Assembly (NCBI GenBank): GCA_035996065.1
Contig: DASYJX010000037.1
Span: forward strand, 31,296 to 95,295
Direction: 5' to 3'
From: Steroidobacteraceae bacterium
GTDB lineage: Bacteria; Pseudomonadota; Gammaproteobacteria; Steroidobacterales; Steroidobacteraceae
DNA length: 64,000 bases
Shown: piece by piece, positions 1 through 9,238 of the stretch
Numbering within the stretch: the stretch's first letter is position 1
Layout: every line of letters begins with the position of its first letter
The notes under the pieces: generated by a model
What the model was told of the DNA's origin: nothing
What the model saw: only the letters and a program-made list of their open reading frames with translations
Databases searched by the model: none
Program-made: the position numbers and the translations under genes

Positions 1-300
1 TCCGTCGGTCTCGCGGCACAGCGCCGCCCCGCGATGCCGGCAGGTGTTGTGAAATCCTTGCAGAACACGCCGATCGTCGCGCACCAAGAGGATCTTTTGA
101 TCGCCCAGTTCGAATGTGCGGAACGCCCGAGCGCGCCCCACGTCGCTGGATCGCCCGACATACACCCAGTTGCGGTACCAAACGCGCTGCAGTTCCCTTT
201 CATATTGACGAGGGTCGAAGTATGCATCCGCCGGCAAGCCTTCGGTGTGTTCGGTAAGGCCGTTGTAGCCCAATTTGTCGATTTCGGACGAACTTTGCAT
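1..300 (-). CDS. Rieske (2Fe-2S) oxygenase alpha-subunit family protein; only the N-terminal 100 codons are present because the gene runs off the left edge
   Basis: My own translation of the minus strand from ATG at 298-300 gives MQSSSEIDKLGYNGLTEHTEGLPADAYFDPRQYERELQRVWYRNWVYVGRS...LLVRDDRRVLQGFHNTCRHRGAALCRETDG. FHNTCRHRG is the first Rieske Cys-x-His box and is identical to the box in the complete paralog at 35905-37134. The plus-strand ORF 34-414 is its antisense shadow. Confidence 0.8.
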   Translation of the reverse strand, partial: MQSSSEIDKLGYNGLTEHTEGLPADAYFDPRQYERELQRVWYRNWVYVGRSSDVGRARAFRTFELGDQKILLVRDDRRVLQGFHNTCRHRGAALCRETDG

Positions 301-350
301 TGGCCTCCCCCGCGCCGCTCCGGCGGCGATTCACCGGGTTCCAATATAAC

Positions 351-2762
351 TCAAGTTCGCATCAACTTGCCGCTTGCATCGAAGGCGGCTCCCGTCAGCC
401 GATGCGCCTTGTGACGTTCGCCGATGACTTCAATTTCGAATCCGTCATCGGCTTTTGCCAACGCGGCCGGCACATAGCCGAGCGCCAGTGAATGGTCGAC
501 GCGATGACCGAATGCGCCGGAGGTCACCCACCCAACGGTCTTGCCCTCATGCCAGATCGGCTCATCGCCGATCGCGTCGGCATCGGCTGCGTCGACCTTG
601 AAAGACACGAGGCGCAACGCGCCGCCGCCCTCCCTCTCTTCAGCGGCCGCCGAACGGCCGATGAATTCGCCCTTCTTGAAGTCGACGAATCGATCGAGCC
701 CCGCTTCGAATGGCCCGTAGATGGGACGGTATTCGCGCGCCCAGCTGCCGAAGCTCTTTTCAATTCGCATGGCATTGAGTGCGCGCCCGCCGAACAGCTT
801 CAGGTCGTAGTCGCGGCCGGCCTTGACGAGCAGATCGTAGAGCGCGCGTTGATAGTCGGTGGTCACCCAAATTTCGAACCCCAGATCGCCGGTGAAGGAC
901 ACGCGCCCGACATATCCCGGCACCATGCCGATTTCCATTCGCTTGAATGACATGAAGGGAAAAGCCGCGGTGGACAGGTCGTCGCGCACCAAACTCTGCA
1001 AGAGCGCTCGGGAATTGGGGCCTGCGACCGACAATCCCACGTACTCCATTGCGCACGGACGCACCGTTACGCCGGAGGCCGGCATGTGCCGCTCGAACCA
1101 TCGCATGTAGTAGGTTTCGGCGGCATAAGTTCCGACCAGAAACACATGATCGGCGGCGATTCGGCACATGGTGAAATCGCCGATCAGTTTGCCGCGCTCA
1201 TTCAGCATCGGCGTAAGGGCGATGCGGCCGACCGCGGGCACGTGGTTCGCCATCATATGCGACAGCCAGTCAGCCGCGCCGGGCCCGCGTATGTCGAACT
1301 TGCCATAGTTCGATATCTCCAGCAGACCCACGGAGTTCTGCACGGCCTTGCATTCCGCCGCGACATGCGGGTGCGCATTGGAGCGGCGGAAGCTGATCTC
1401 GTCGAAGGCGTCTTGCGCCGCCGGTGCGAACCACAGAGCGTGCTCGAGGCCGCAGTAGTCGCCAAACACCGCGTGCTCGGCCTGAAGCTTCTCGTAGATC
1501 GGCGTGGTGCGCAAAGGACGCGCCGCCGGCAATTCTTCGTTCGGAAAACGAATGCTGAAGCGGCGGGAATAATTTTCGCGCACCTTGGCGTTGGTGTACG
1601 CAAGCGTCGTCCAGTCGCCGTAGCGCGCCACGTCCATGCCCCAGATGTCGGCGCCGGGATCGCCCTCGACCATCCATCGGGAAAGCGCCAAGCCGACGCC
1701 GCCGCCCTGACTGAAACCCGCCATCACGCCGCACGCCACCCAAAAGTTCTTGAGGCCTCGAATCGGTCCAACCAGGGGATTGCCGTCGGGCGCGAACGTA
1801 AACGGTCCGTTCACTACTTTCTTGATGCCCGCGCGCTCCAGCGCCGGGAAATGCGCGAACCCCACCTCTAGGCTCGGCGCGATGCGCTCCAAGTCGTTGG
1901 GCAACAGGTCCTGGCCGAAATCCCACGGAGTCGTCACCGGCGACCACGGGACGCCGGCGCGCTCGTAGGTTCCCATGAGCATGCCGCCGCGTTCCTGGCG
2001 AATGTAGATTTCGCCTTCGAAATCGATGGCGTGCAAACACTCCTTCTTACCGACCAGTTCCGGCATGTCGCCCGTGATGAGGTACTGATGCTCCATCGCG
2101 AGGATGGGCAGCTCGATCCCGACCATGCGCCCGACTTCGCGCGCCCACAGGCCCCCCGCGTTCACAACGTGCTCGGCATGCACATTGCCGTGATCGGTGA
2201 TCACATCCCAGGAGCCGTCGGGACGCGCTTTGAGATCCGTGACTCGAGTGTGACGCACGATGTCGGCGCCGCCGAGCTGCGCGGATTTCGCGTACGCGTG
2301 CGTCACGCCGTACGGATCGACGTGACCTTCGATGGGGTCGTACATCGCCCCCGCGAAGTGCTTCTTCTCCATCAATGGAAACAGCTTGGCCGCCTCGTCG
2401 ACGGAGATGATTTCCAGCTCCATGCCGAGATAACGGCCACGCGCCTTGGCCATTTTCAGCCAGTCGAGCCGCTCCCGGGTTCCCGCCAGCATGATGCCGC
2501 CGGTGATGTGAACGCCGCAGGACTGCCCTGAAATATGCTCGATTTCCTTGTACAGCTCGATCGTGTACTGCTGCAGCTTCGCAACGTTGGGATCGCCGTT
2601 GACGGTGTGCATGCCCCCTGCCGCATGCCATGTCGACCCCGATGTCAGTTCGGCGCGTTCGATCAATAGTACGTCCCTCCATCCAGCCTTTGTCAGATGG
2701 TATAAAACGCTGGCGCCGACCACGCCGCCGCCGATGACCACTACCTTCGCGTGGCTCTTCAT
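351..2762 (-). CDS. FAD-dependent oxidoreductase fused to a GcvT-type aminomethyltransferase domain (dimethylglycine/sarcosine dehydrogenase family)
   Basis: From ORF 351-2876. The start was moved to ATG 2762 so that the Rossmann motif sits at the N-terminus ([23 protein letters not shown]). The GSTWHAAG flavinylation-type His motif is present. The 803-aa two-domain length fits the family. A paralog lies at 49662-52121. Confidence 0.9.
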   Translation of the reverse strand: MKSHAKVVVIGGGVVGASVLYHLTKAGWRDVLLIERAELTSGSTWHAAGGMHTVNGDPNVAKLQQYTIELYKEIEHISGQSCGVHITGGIMLAGTRERLDWLKMAKARGRYLGMELEIISVDEAAKLFPLMEKKHFAGAMYDPIEGHVDPYGVTHAYAKSAQLGGADIVRHTRVTDLKARPDGSWDVITDHGNVHAEHVVNAGGLWAREVGRMVGIELPILAMEHQYLITGDMPELVGKKECLHAIDFEGEIYIRQERGGMLMGTYERAGVPWSPVTTPWDFGQDLLPNDLERIAPSLEVGFAHFPALERAGIKKVVNGPFTFAPDGNPLVGPIRGLKNFWVACGVMAGFSQGGGVGLALSRWMVEGDPGADIWGMDVARYGDWTTLAYTNAKVRENYSRRFSIRFPNEELPAARPLRTTPIYEKLQAEHAVFGDYCGLEHALWFAPAAQDAFDEISFRRSNAHPHVAAECKAVQNSVGLLEISNYGKFDIRGPGAADWLSHMMANHVPAVGRIALTPMLNERGKLIGDFTMCRIAADHVFLVGTYAAETYYMRWFERHMPASGVTVRPCAMEYVGLSVAGPNSRALLQSLVRDDLSTAAFPFMSFKRMEIGMVPGYVGRVSFTGDLGFEIWVTTDYQRALYDLLVKAGRDYDLKLFGGRALNAMRIEKSFGSWAREYRPIYGPFEAGLDRFVDFKKGEFIGRSAAAEEREGGGALRLVSFKVDAADADAIGDEPIWHEGKTVGWVTSGAFGHRVDHSLALGYVPAALAKADDGFEIEVIGERHKAHRLTGAAFDASGKLMRT

Positions 2763-2790
2763 GCTCGCTCCCGATTCATTGAATTGATTG

Positions 2791-2803
2791 ATTGTTGAAC
2801 AAT
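2791..2803. promoter_or_regulatory. Perfect dyad ATTGTT-G-AACAAT in the AT-rich spacer upstream of the DMGDH-like gene; candidate operator
   Basis: Read directly from the sequence. It is a 6+1+6 palindrome lying 29-41 nt upstream of ATG 2762, next to an (ATTG)n microrepeat and immediately downstream of the LysR gene stop. Confidence 0.3.
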
Positions 2804-2835
2804 ATTCTAGGCGCGGCGTCGCGCGTGCAATCCAG

Positions 2836-3804
2836 TCACTCGTTCGAAACCGCCAGGTGCAGGTTGGACTGAGCACCGCCGCTGCCGTTGGTGCCGAAGC
2901 GTTCGATCAGCCACGAGCGGAAAAGCGCGATGGCGGTGTCGCCTAAACCTTCAGGATGCGTATACAGATAGTAGCCAAAGCCGTCGTCCAGAGAGTTCTC
3001 GAATGGTTTGGCCAAGCGGCCCGTGCGAATGTAGTCGCCGTACAGATACGTATCCACCAGCGCTATGCCCTCCCCGCTCAGCGCGTATTGCACGGCGAGC
3101 ATCACGTTGTCGAACACCAGGCCGCGCTCGACATGCACCGAGCCCAAGTTCGCATGTCGCGCAAATTGCGTCCACAGATGATGCCGCGGCAGCTCCGAGA
3201 TGCGCACATGCAGCAGCTCGTTCGCTTCGATGAACTGCGCCAGACTCTTGTCTGCATGGCGTGCGGCGATATTCGGGTGGCACAGCACGCTCAGATGCAC
3301 CGGCCAGAGCAAGTCCGTCACCATGTCGGTCACGGCCGGCTTCGAATACAGCACCGCCACGTCGACATCGGTTGGCGGCGGGCCCACGCCGTAGTAACTC
3401 ACGAGATCGATTTCAACCTCGGCCGCCGCATGGCGGAAGTCGCGCAATATCGGCACCGCGAGATGCACGGCAAAACTCGGCGGCATCTGCACGCGAAGAG
3501 TTCGCAGCGTCGTCGAACCGTCGTTGCGGATGTCGTCGAGAGCATATTCCAGGCGGTCGAAGGACTTCATGACGGCCGGCAACAGATGCTGCCCGGCCTT
3601 GGTCAGCACCAAAGCATGCGGCTTGCGCTCGAAGAGCTGCGCGCCGATCAGTTTCTCGAGGGCAATTACGTGGCGCGACAAGGCGCTTTGCGATATCAGC
3701 AGCGCGTTGGCCGCGGCGGTGAAGCTCGAGTGCTTGGCGACGCCCTCGAAGGCGCGCAAGGCATTGAGCGGCAGCCAGCGGCGGTCGATCGTGGTCTTGC
3801 CCAT
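2836..3804 (-). CDS. LysR-family transcriptional regulator (GcvA-like)
   Basis: From ORF 2836-4071. The start was trimmed to ATG 3804 (MGKTTIDRRWLPLNALRAFEGVAKHSSFTAAANALLISQSALSRHVIALEKLIGAQLFER, a canonical LysR winged HTH). The extension would overlap the upstream MFS gene. Length is 322 aa. Confidence 0.9.
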   Translation of the reverse strand: MGKTTIDRRWLPLNALRAFEGVAKHSSFTAAANALLISQSALSRHVIALEKLIGAQLFERKPHALVLTKAGQHLLPAVMKSFDRLEYALDDIRNDGSTTLRTLRVQMPPSFAVHLAVPILRDFRHAAAEVEIDLVSYYGVGPPPTDVDVAVLYSKPAVTDMVTDLLWPVHLSVLCHPNIAARHADKSLAQFIEANELLHVRISELPRHHLWTQFARHANLGSVHVERGLVFDNVMLAVQYALSGEGIALVDTYLYGDYIRTGRLAKPFENSLDDGFGYYLYTHPEGLGDTAIALFRSWLIERFGTNGSGGAQSNLHLAVSNE

Positions 3805-3809
3805 GTGCT

Positions 3810-5183
3810 TTAAGGAGCCCAGGTGCCCGTGTAGCCGATGGCGCGCTTCTGGTCGGCGATGATGGTCTTGGACGCCACATACAAATGATACGCCGCCCAG
3901 AAGCCGGTGGGAGCGAGGCAGAGCAGCGCCAACCGCAGCGATGCCGCGTCCGTCGCGTGGCTGCCGGCGAACCAATCGCTCAACGCGCCGACGACCCAGG
4001 GGGCGACGATGAGGTTGAAGATATTCGCAACGAGGAGCGAGATCGCGATGAACATATTGCGCATGTGGCAAGGCGCAAGATTATTGAGCAGCCCGAAACA
4101 GGGTCCTATGTAAAAATAGATCGCGGGAATGAAAATGCAGAACATCAGCTTGCACACCCACAGGGAGTGCGTCCAGTAGGCGATCATGGAGGGGATCGTC
4201 GTGAGTGCAATTCCTGCGGCCAGCAGCCATACCACGCGGCGCGGGTCCGCCATAAAGGGACGCGACAGGAGCCACGCCGTGAATACGGTTGCCAAAGAGC
4301 CGCCCACCAAATGGATGTTCCCCGTGACGGCGCCGGCTTGACCCACATCCAAGTTGTAAGCGCGCTGCAGAAAAGTGGGTGTCCAGTAAATGAGACCCCA
4401 ACCCCACAGGGCGCAGAGACCGCCGCCCATGACCACGTGAAAGGCGGCTTTTTGACGCCATAGAAACCGCAACGACACCGACAGCGACGGCTTGATCTCA
4501 TCGACGCTGGCGTCCAATCGGCCGCGCTTCGGCTCGCGCACGGTCAGATAGACGATGGTGCCGACGACGAGACCCGGGATCCCCAAGGCAAGGAACGCCG
4601 CGCGCCAGTTATAGGCATGAGCGACGGCTCCTGCCATATTCGCGCCCAACCATGCGCCTATCGGTGCGCCCAGCGCCAGCACCGTCATCGCCATGGGCCG
4701 CCGGTCCGGCGGAAAATAGTCCGAGACGATGGCGGTGGACGGAGGCGTTCCACCGGCCTCGCCCGCCCCGACGCCGATCCGGCCCAGCAGGAATTCCCAA
4801 TAATTCCGCGAGATCCCGCAGAGCGCCGTGAAGGCGGACCAAACGATCAGAGATGCGGCGAGGATATTGCGCCGGTTGGAGCGGTCGGCGAACCAGGAAA
4901 TCAGAATGCCGAATGAGACATAAAATATTGCCAGCGGAGCTCCCGTGAGCCACGCAACGCCCTTGTCGGTCAACTTCAATTCCAGGCGGATCGGCTCGAG
5001 CACGGTGGACACGACATACCGGTCGGCGATGTTGATCGCGTAAATAAAGCACATCAGGATCAGAACGTACCAGCGCTCGATAGACGACGGCGCCTGGGTT
5101 CGCGGCAGATCAATGGCAGTTGTGCTCAAGCTATGCAACCTTGGGGTTGTTTGGCCCTCGCACCATACAGGGTTCGACGCCAT
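3810..5183 (-). CDS. MFS transporter
   Basis: 457 aa with multiple hydrophobic spans. An MFS motif-A-like loop is present (WFADRSNRRNIL). Its stop lies 5 nt before the LysR start. Confidence 0.85.
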   Translation of the reverse strand: MASNPVWCEGQTTPRLHSLSTTAIDLPRTQAPSSIERWYVLILMCFIYAINIADRYVVSTVLEPIRLELKLTDKGVAWLTGAPLAIFYVSFGILISWFADRSNRRNILAASLIVWSAFTALCGISRNYWEFLLGRIGVGAGEAGGTPPSTAIVSDYFPPDRRPMAMTVLALGAPIGAWLGANMAGAVAHAYNWRAAFLALGIPGLVVGTIVYLTVREPKRGRLDASVDEIKPSLSVSLRFLWRQKAAFHVVMGGGLCALWGWGLIYWTPTFLQRAYNLDVGQAGAVTGNIHLVGGSLATVFTAWLLSRPFMADPRRVVWLLAAGIALTTIPSMIAYWTHSLWVCKLMFCIFIPAIYFYIGPCFGLLNNLAPCHMRNMFIAISLLVANIFNLIVAPWVVGALSDWFAGSHATDAASLRLALLCLAPTGFWAAYHLYVASKTIIADQKRAIGYTGTWAP

Positions 5184-5271
5184 TACGCGACGGGGCCAGG
5201 GATGCGAAAAATAACATGGGCGAATCGCGAAATGGCATAGCGGGATGAGAACGAAAGACTAAGCTCGCTGC

Positions 5272-6876
5272 ATGGAATCCTTCGACTACATAATCATCGG
5301 CGCGGGCTCCGCGGGCTGCGTGCTGGCCGATCGACTATCGGCGAGCGGCCGCGATCGGATATTGGTTCTTGAGGCCGGCGGGACCGACCGACGATTTTGG
5401 ATCAAGACCCCCATCGGTTACGGACGAACATTTGCCGACGGCGCGGTCAATTGGAAGTATCAGACGCTGCCCAATCCGGGCCTCGACGGGCGCAGCATCT
5501 ATTGGCCCCGCGGCCGCGTGGTCGGCGGCTCGAGCTCCATCAACGCGCTCGTCTACTGCCGCGGGATACCCGCCGACTTCGATGACTGGCGGCAAATGGG
5601 CAATATCGGCTGGGGATGGGATGACGTGCGACCGTACTTCGAGCGCTCGGAGCGCCGGGTCGATGCGGCAGGCCGCGCCAGCGGCGATGGGCCCCTCGAC
5701 GTCAAGGACGTGACGCCTTTTCTGCACCCGATGCGCCGGAATTGGCTGGAAGCGGCCGCCGAATTAGCCCTGCCGGTAACGGACGACTTCAATGGCCCGC
5801 ACCCGGAAGGCCTGGGCTGCTACCAAGTGACGATTCGCAACGGCATTCGCCGTTCCGCTGCCGACGCCTTTTTAAGGCCGGCGCTGCGTCGCGGCAACAT
5901 TCGCCTCGAGACCGGCGCCTGGGTAAGTAAAATCCGCTTCGATCAGAGGCGAGCCGTCGGCGTGGATTATGTGCGAGGCGGTGCCGGAAAATTCGCTGCA
6001 GCCGAACGCGAAGTCATTCTATGCGGGGGGGCGGTCAATTCGCCGCAGTTGTTGCAGCTCTCGGGAATCGGTCCTGCGTCCACATTGGAGGCGTCCGGAA
6101 TCGCTACGCTGCTCGACAATCCTGCGGTCGGCGGAAATCTTCAGGATCATCTGGCCGTCGTATATTCATTCAAGGCCACGCAAGCGACGCTGAACGATGA
6201 ACTGCATTCCACAACCGGCCAAATGATCGCGGGCCTGCGCTATCTTCTGGCGCGGCGCGGGCCGTTGGCCCTGAGCGTGAATCAATTCGGCGGGTTCGCG
6301 CGCGCAAACCCCAACGGTACCCGCCCCGATGTGCAACTCTACTTCAATCCCGTGACGTATGGCGCAGGCGACGCGACCCGCACTCGGATCGAGGTGGATC
6401 CGTTTTCCGGATTTTATTTGTGCTTTCAGCCGACGCGGCCGACGAGCGTGGGGCGCATCGACATTGCAAGTCCCGACTTTCGCCGTCCGCCGAGCATCGC
6501 CCCCAACTATTTATCCACTGAAAAAGACATCGATGACGTCGCTCATGGCGGCCGATTGCTGCAGGCCATCGCCCGGACACGGGCGATCAAGGCATTGATA
6601 CGCGAGCCCATTGCGCCCGATCTCGATGCGATGGGACCTGACGGCTTGATTGCGGATTTTCGCGCGCGAGCATCCACGGTGTATCACCCCGTCAGTACCT
6701 GCCGCATGGGGGCGAGCGCCGCGGATTCCGTGGTCGATGCGTCTCTCAGGGTGCACGGCGTCGAGCGCTTGCGCGTCGTGGACGCTTCCGTGTTTCCAAC
6801 CGTCACGTCCGCAAACACCAACGCACCGACTATGATGGTGGCGCAAAAGGCCGCCGATTTAATTTTGCACGGATAA
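5272..6876 (+). CDS. GMC-family FAD oxidoreductase (choline/alcohol dehydrogenase-like)
   Basis: Contains MESFDYIIIGAGSAGCVLADRLS (ADP-binding fold), GGSSSINALVY, and C-terminal VYHPVSTCRMG (GMC signature). 534 aa. Confidence 0.9.
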   Translation: MESFDYIIIGAGSAGCVLADRLSASGRDRILVLEAGGTDRRFWIKTPIGYGRTFADGAVNWKYQTLPNPGLDGRSIYWPRGRVVGGSSSINALVYCRGIPADFDDWRQMGNIGWGWDDVRPYFERSERRVDAAGRASGDGPLDVKDVTPFLHPMRRNWLEAAAELALPVTDDFNGPHPEGLGCYQVTIRNGIRRSAADAFLRPALRRGNIRLETGAWVSKIRFDQRRAVGVDYVRGGAGKFAAAEREVILCGGAVNSPQLLQLSGIGPASTLEASGIATLLDNPAVGGNLQDHLAVVYSFKATQATLNDELHSTTGQMIAGLRYLLARRGPLALSVNQFGGFARANPNGTRPDVQLYFNPVTYGAGDATRTRIEVDPFSGFYLCFQPTRPTSVGRIDIASPDFRRPPSIAPNYLSTEKDIDDVAHGGRLLQAIARTRAIKALIREPIAPDLDAMGPDGLIADFRARASTVYHPVSTCRMGASAADSVVDASLRVHGVERLRVVDASVFPTVTSANTNAPTMMVAQKAADLILHG

Positions 6877-6898
6877 ATCCTACGGAGGGGAAAAGGAT

Positions 6899-8131
6899 AT
6901 GAAGCTCGACAGTGTCAATGTGTTTCTTGTGAGCAATCCGCCGCCGAGCTTCGGCGGCCGCTATTTCGTGTTTTTGAAATTGAGGACCGCGTGCGGAATC
7001 GAGGGGGTCGGCGAAGTGTATGCCGCCACATTCGGCCCGAAGGTTTTGGGGAAAATGATCGAAGACCTGTTTGCGCGGCGCTTTGCGGGGCGCGATCCTT
7101 TCCGGATCGAATCGCTCTGGCGCGAGAGCTATGGTTCGGGATTCAGCCAGCGTCCGGATCTCTCGCTGGTGAGCGTCATCAGCGGACTGGAAATGGCCTG
7201 CTGGGACATCATCGGCAAGGCCGTCGAGCAGCCGATTTATAACCTGATGGGCGGCAAGGTTAACGAGCGCCTGCGCAGCTACACGTATTTATATCCGGCC
7301 GCCGGCGAAGGCGACGACTTCTACAGCGATCCGGATCGATCGGCGGCGCGCGCCGCCGAGTACGTCGCACAAGGGTTCACGGGACTCAAATTCGACCCCA
7401 CCGGTGGCTTCTCGGCATACGATCCACGGCAACCCACCCAGGAAGCTCTCGAACGCACGGTGCGCTTGGTAAGACTGGTGCGCGAAGCCGTCGGACGCCG
7501 TGCGGACCTTTTGCTCGGCACCCATGGCCAATTCACGACTTCAGGCGCCATTCGATTGGGAAGGCAACTCGAGCAATATGATCCCCTCTGGTTCGAAGAG
7601 CCTGTGCCGCCCGAGATGCCGGAACAGATGGCGATCGTGGCGCGCGGTACCAGCATTCCCATCGCCACCGGCGAGCGCCTGACCACCAAGTACGAATTCG
7701 CGCGGGTCTTGGCGTGCGGCGCAGCGAATATCCTGCAAATGAACTTGGGGCGCGTCGGAGGGATGCTCGAAGCGAAGAAAGTCGCGGCCCTGGCGGAGGT
7801 CCATTATGCGCAAATCGCCCCGCATCTTTATTGCGGTCCGGTGGTCGGCGCCGCGAATATCCAGATCGCCACCTGCTCGCCCAATTTTCTGATTCTCGAA
7901 AGCATCCAGCAATGGGGTGGCATTCACGCGGAGCTTCTCAAGAAGCCGATTCGCTGGGAAGAAGGCTACGTCATTCCGCCCACGACGCCCGGCCTCGGGG
8001 TCGAACTCAACGAAGAGGTGGCGCGCACCCACGCATACGTCGAGGATAGCCCCCTGCATTTGGAGATGATCGACCGGCCGTTGGGAAATCCATCGGCTGC
8101 GATCAAACCCGAGGGCGCGATGCGCCTATGA
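6899..8131 (+). CDS. Enolase-superfamily enzyme (mandelate racemase/muconate lactonizing family, acid-sugar dehydratase-like)
   Basis: LWFEEPVPPE and PIATGERL metal-ligand motifs. 410 aa. The RBS GGAGGGG lies upstream of ATG 6899. Confidence 0.85.
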   Translation: MKLDSVNVFLVSNPPPSFGGRYFVFLKLRTACGIEGVGEVYAATFGPKVLGKMIEDLFARRFAGRDPFRIESLWRESYGSGFSQRPDLSLVSVISGLEMACWDIIGKAVEQPIYNLMGGKVNERLRSYTYLYPAAGEGDDFYSDPDRSAARAAEYVAQGFTGLKFDPTGGFSAYDPRQPTQEALERTVRLVRLVREAVGRRADLLLGTHGQFTTSGAIRLGRQLEQYDPLWFEEPVPPEMPEQMAIVARGTSIPIATGERLTTKYEFARVLACGAANILQMNLGRVGGMLEAKKVAALAEVHYAQIAPHLYCGPVVGAANIQIATCSPNFLILESIQQWGGIHAELLKKPIRWEEGYVIPPTTPGLGVELNEEVARTHAYVEDSPLHLEMIDRPLGNPSAAIKPEGAMRL

Positions 8132-9045
8132 ATTTGCGTTACGGCTTCATAGGACTTGGCAATCTTGGGCGGCATCTCGCCGTCAACTTGTGCCGCGGCG
8201 GCTTCGACGTCGGCGTGCACGACTTGCAGCGGAGCACCGCCGGCGGCGTGCTGATGGCGGGCGCGCACTGGGTGGATTCAATCGCAGATCTTGCCCGAGC
8301 CAGCGATTGCCTGATCACCTGCCTGCCTTCGCCTGCGGCCACGGCGGCGGTATTGGATCAAGCGCTGCCCAGCATGCGTGGCGGCGCCACGTGGATCGAA
8401 ATGAGCACCAATGATTTCGCCGAGGTCGAGGCCCTCGCCGCCCGAGCCGAAAGCCTCGGGATCAGCACTCTCGCCTGCCCGGTCACGGGCGGAGTGCATC
8501 GTGCGGAGGCCGGCGATATCACGGTGCTCGTCGGCGGTGCGCAATCGGTGTATGCAATGCACGAGGCGGCGCTGCAGGCCATGGGCGGGCGCGTCATCCA
8601 TTTGGGCGGGATCGAGCAGGCCGCGGTTACCAAGGTGGTGACCAATATGCTGGCGTTCATTCACCTGATTGCCGCCGGCGAAGCGCTCATGCTGTGCGCC
8701 AAAGGGGGCGTCGATCTGCGGGCCGCCTTCCACGCCATTGCCGCGAGCTCGGGCAATAGCTTCGTCCACGAGACCGAGAGCAAGGTGATCTTGAACGGCA
8801 GCTACGATATTGGATTTACGATGGATCTGGCATGCAAGGATGCCGGCTTCGCCGTCGAATTTGGGCGCCGCTTCGGAGTGCCCTTGCGCCTTGCCTCGCT
8901 GATGGAGCAAACCTTCATCGAGGGCCGCGCGAAGTATGGGGGAGATGCCTGGTCATCGATGATCGTGAAGCTGCTGGAAGATGCGGTCGGCACGCAGTTG
9001 CGTGCACCCGGTTTCCCGGCGCGCCTCAGCCCCAATGATGCCTGA
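8128..9045 (+). CDS. NAD(P)-dependent beta-hydroxyacid dehydrogenase (3-hydroxyisobutyrate dehydrogenase family)
   Basis: N-terminal YGFIGLGNLGRHLAVNL (GxGxxG). 305 aa. An ATGA overlap with the preceding gene indicates translational coupling. Confidence 0.85.
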   Translation: MNLRYGFIGLGNLGRHLAVNLCRGGFDVGVHDLQRSTAGGVLMAGAHWVDSIADLARASDCLITCLPSPAATAAVLDQALPSMRGGATWIEMSTNDFAEVEALAARAESLGISTLACPVTGGVHRAEAGDITVLVGGAQSVYAMHEAALQAMGGRVIHLGGIEQAAVTKVVTNMLAFIHLIAAGEALMLCAKGGVDLRAAFHAIAASSGNSFVHETESKVILNGSYDIGFTMDLACKDAGFAVEFGRRFGVPLRLASLMEQTFIEGRAKYGGDAWSSMIVKLLEDAVGTQLRAPGFPARLSPNDA

Positions 9046-9238
9046 AAGATGTCGCAAATTGGTAAGGAGGCATCGCTAAACGGCATAACGAGGACCCACT
9101 GATCGGCTAAGCTCAGGCCGAAGTACCAGAAGAGTGTGGATGTTTTTGCGATCGATCCGGCCGCAGGAGCGGGTCTCGGCGGGCGCGTTCGCCTGTGGTA
9201 CATGAAATTTCAGATAGCCAAAGTCAAGGGATGAAGGT

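Noticed and set aside
34-414. A 126-aa plus-strand ORF at the left edge.
   Set aside because: The minus strand here translates to a clean Rieske N-terminus (FHNTCRHRG). The MPAGVV string in this plus-strand ORF also appears in the antisense frame of the other Rieske gene (36844-37251). This marks it as a shadow.
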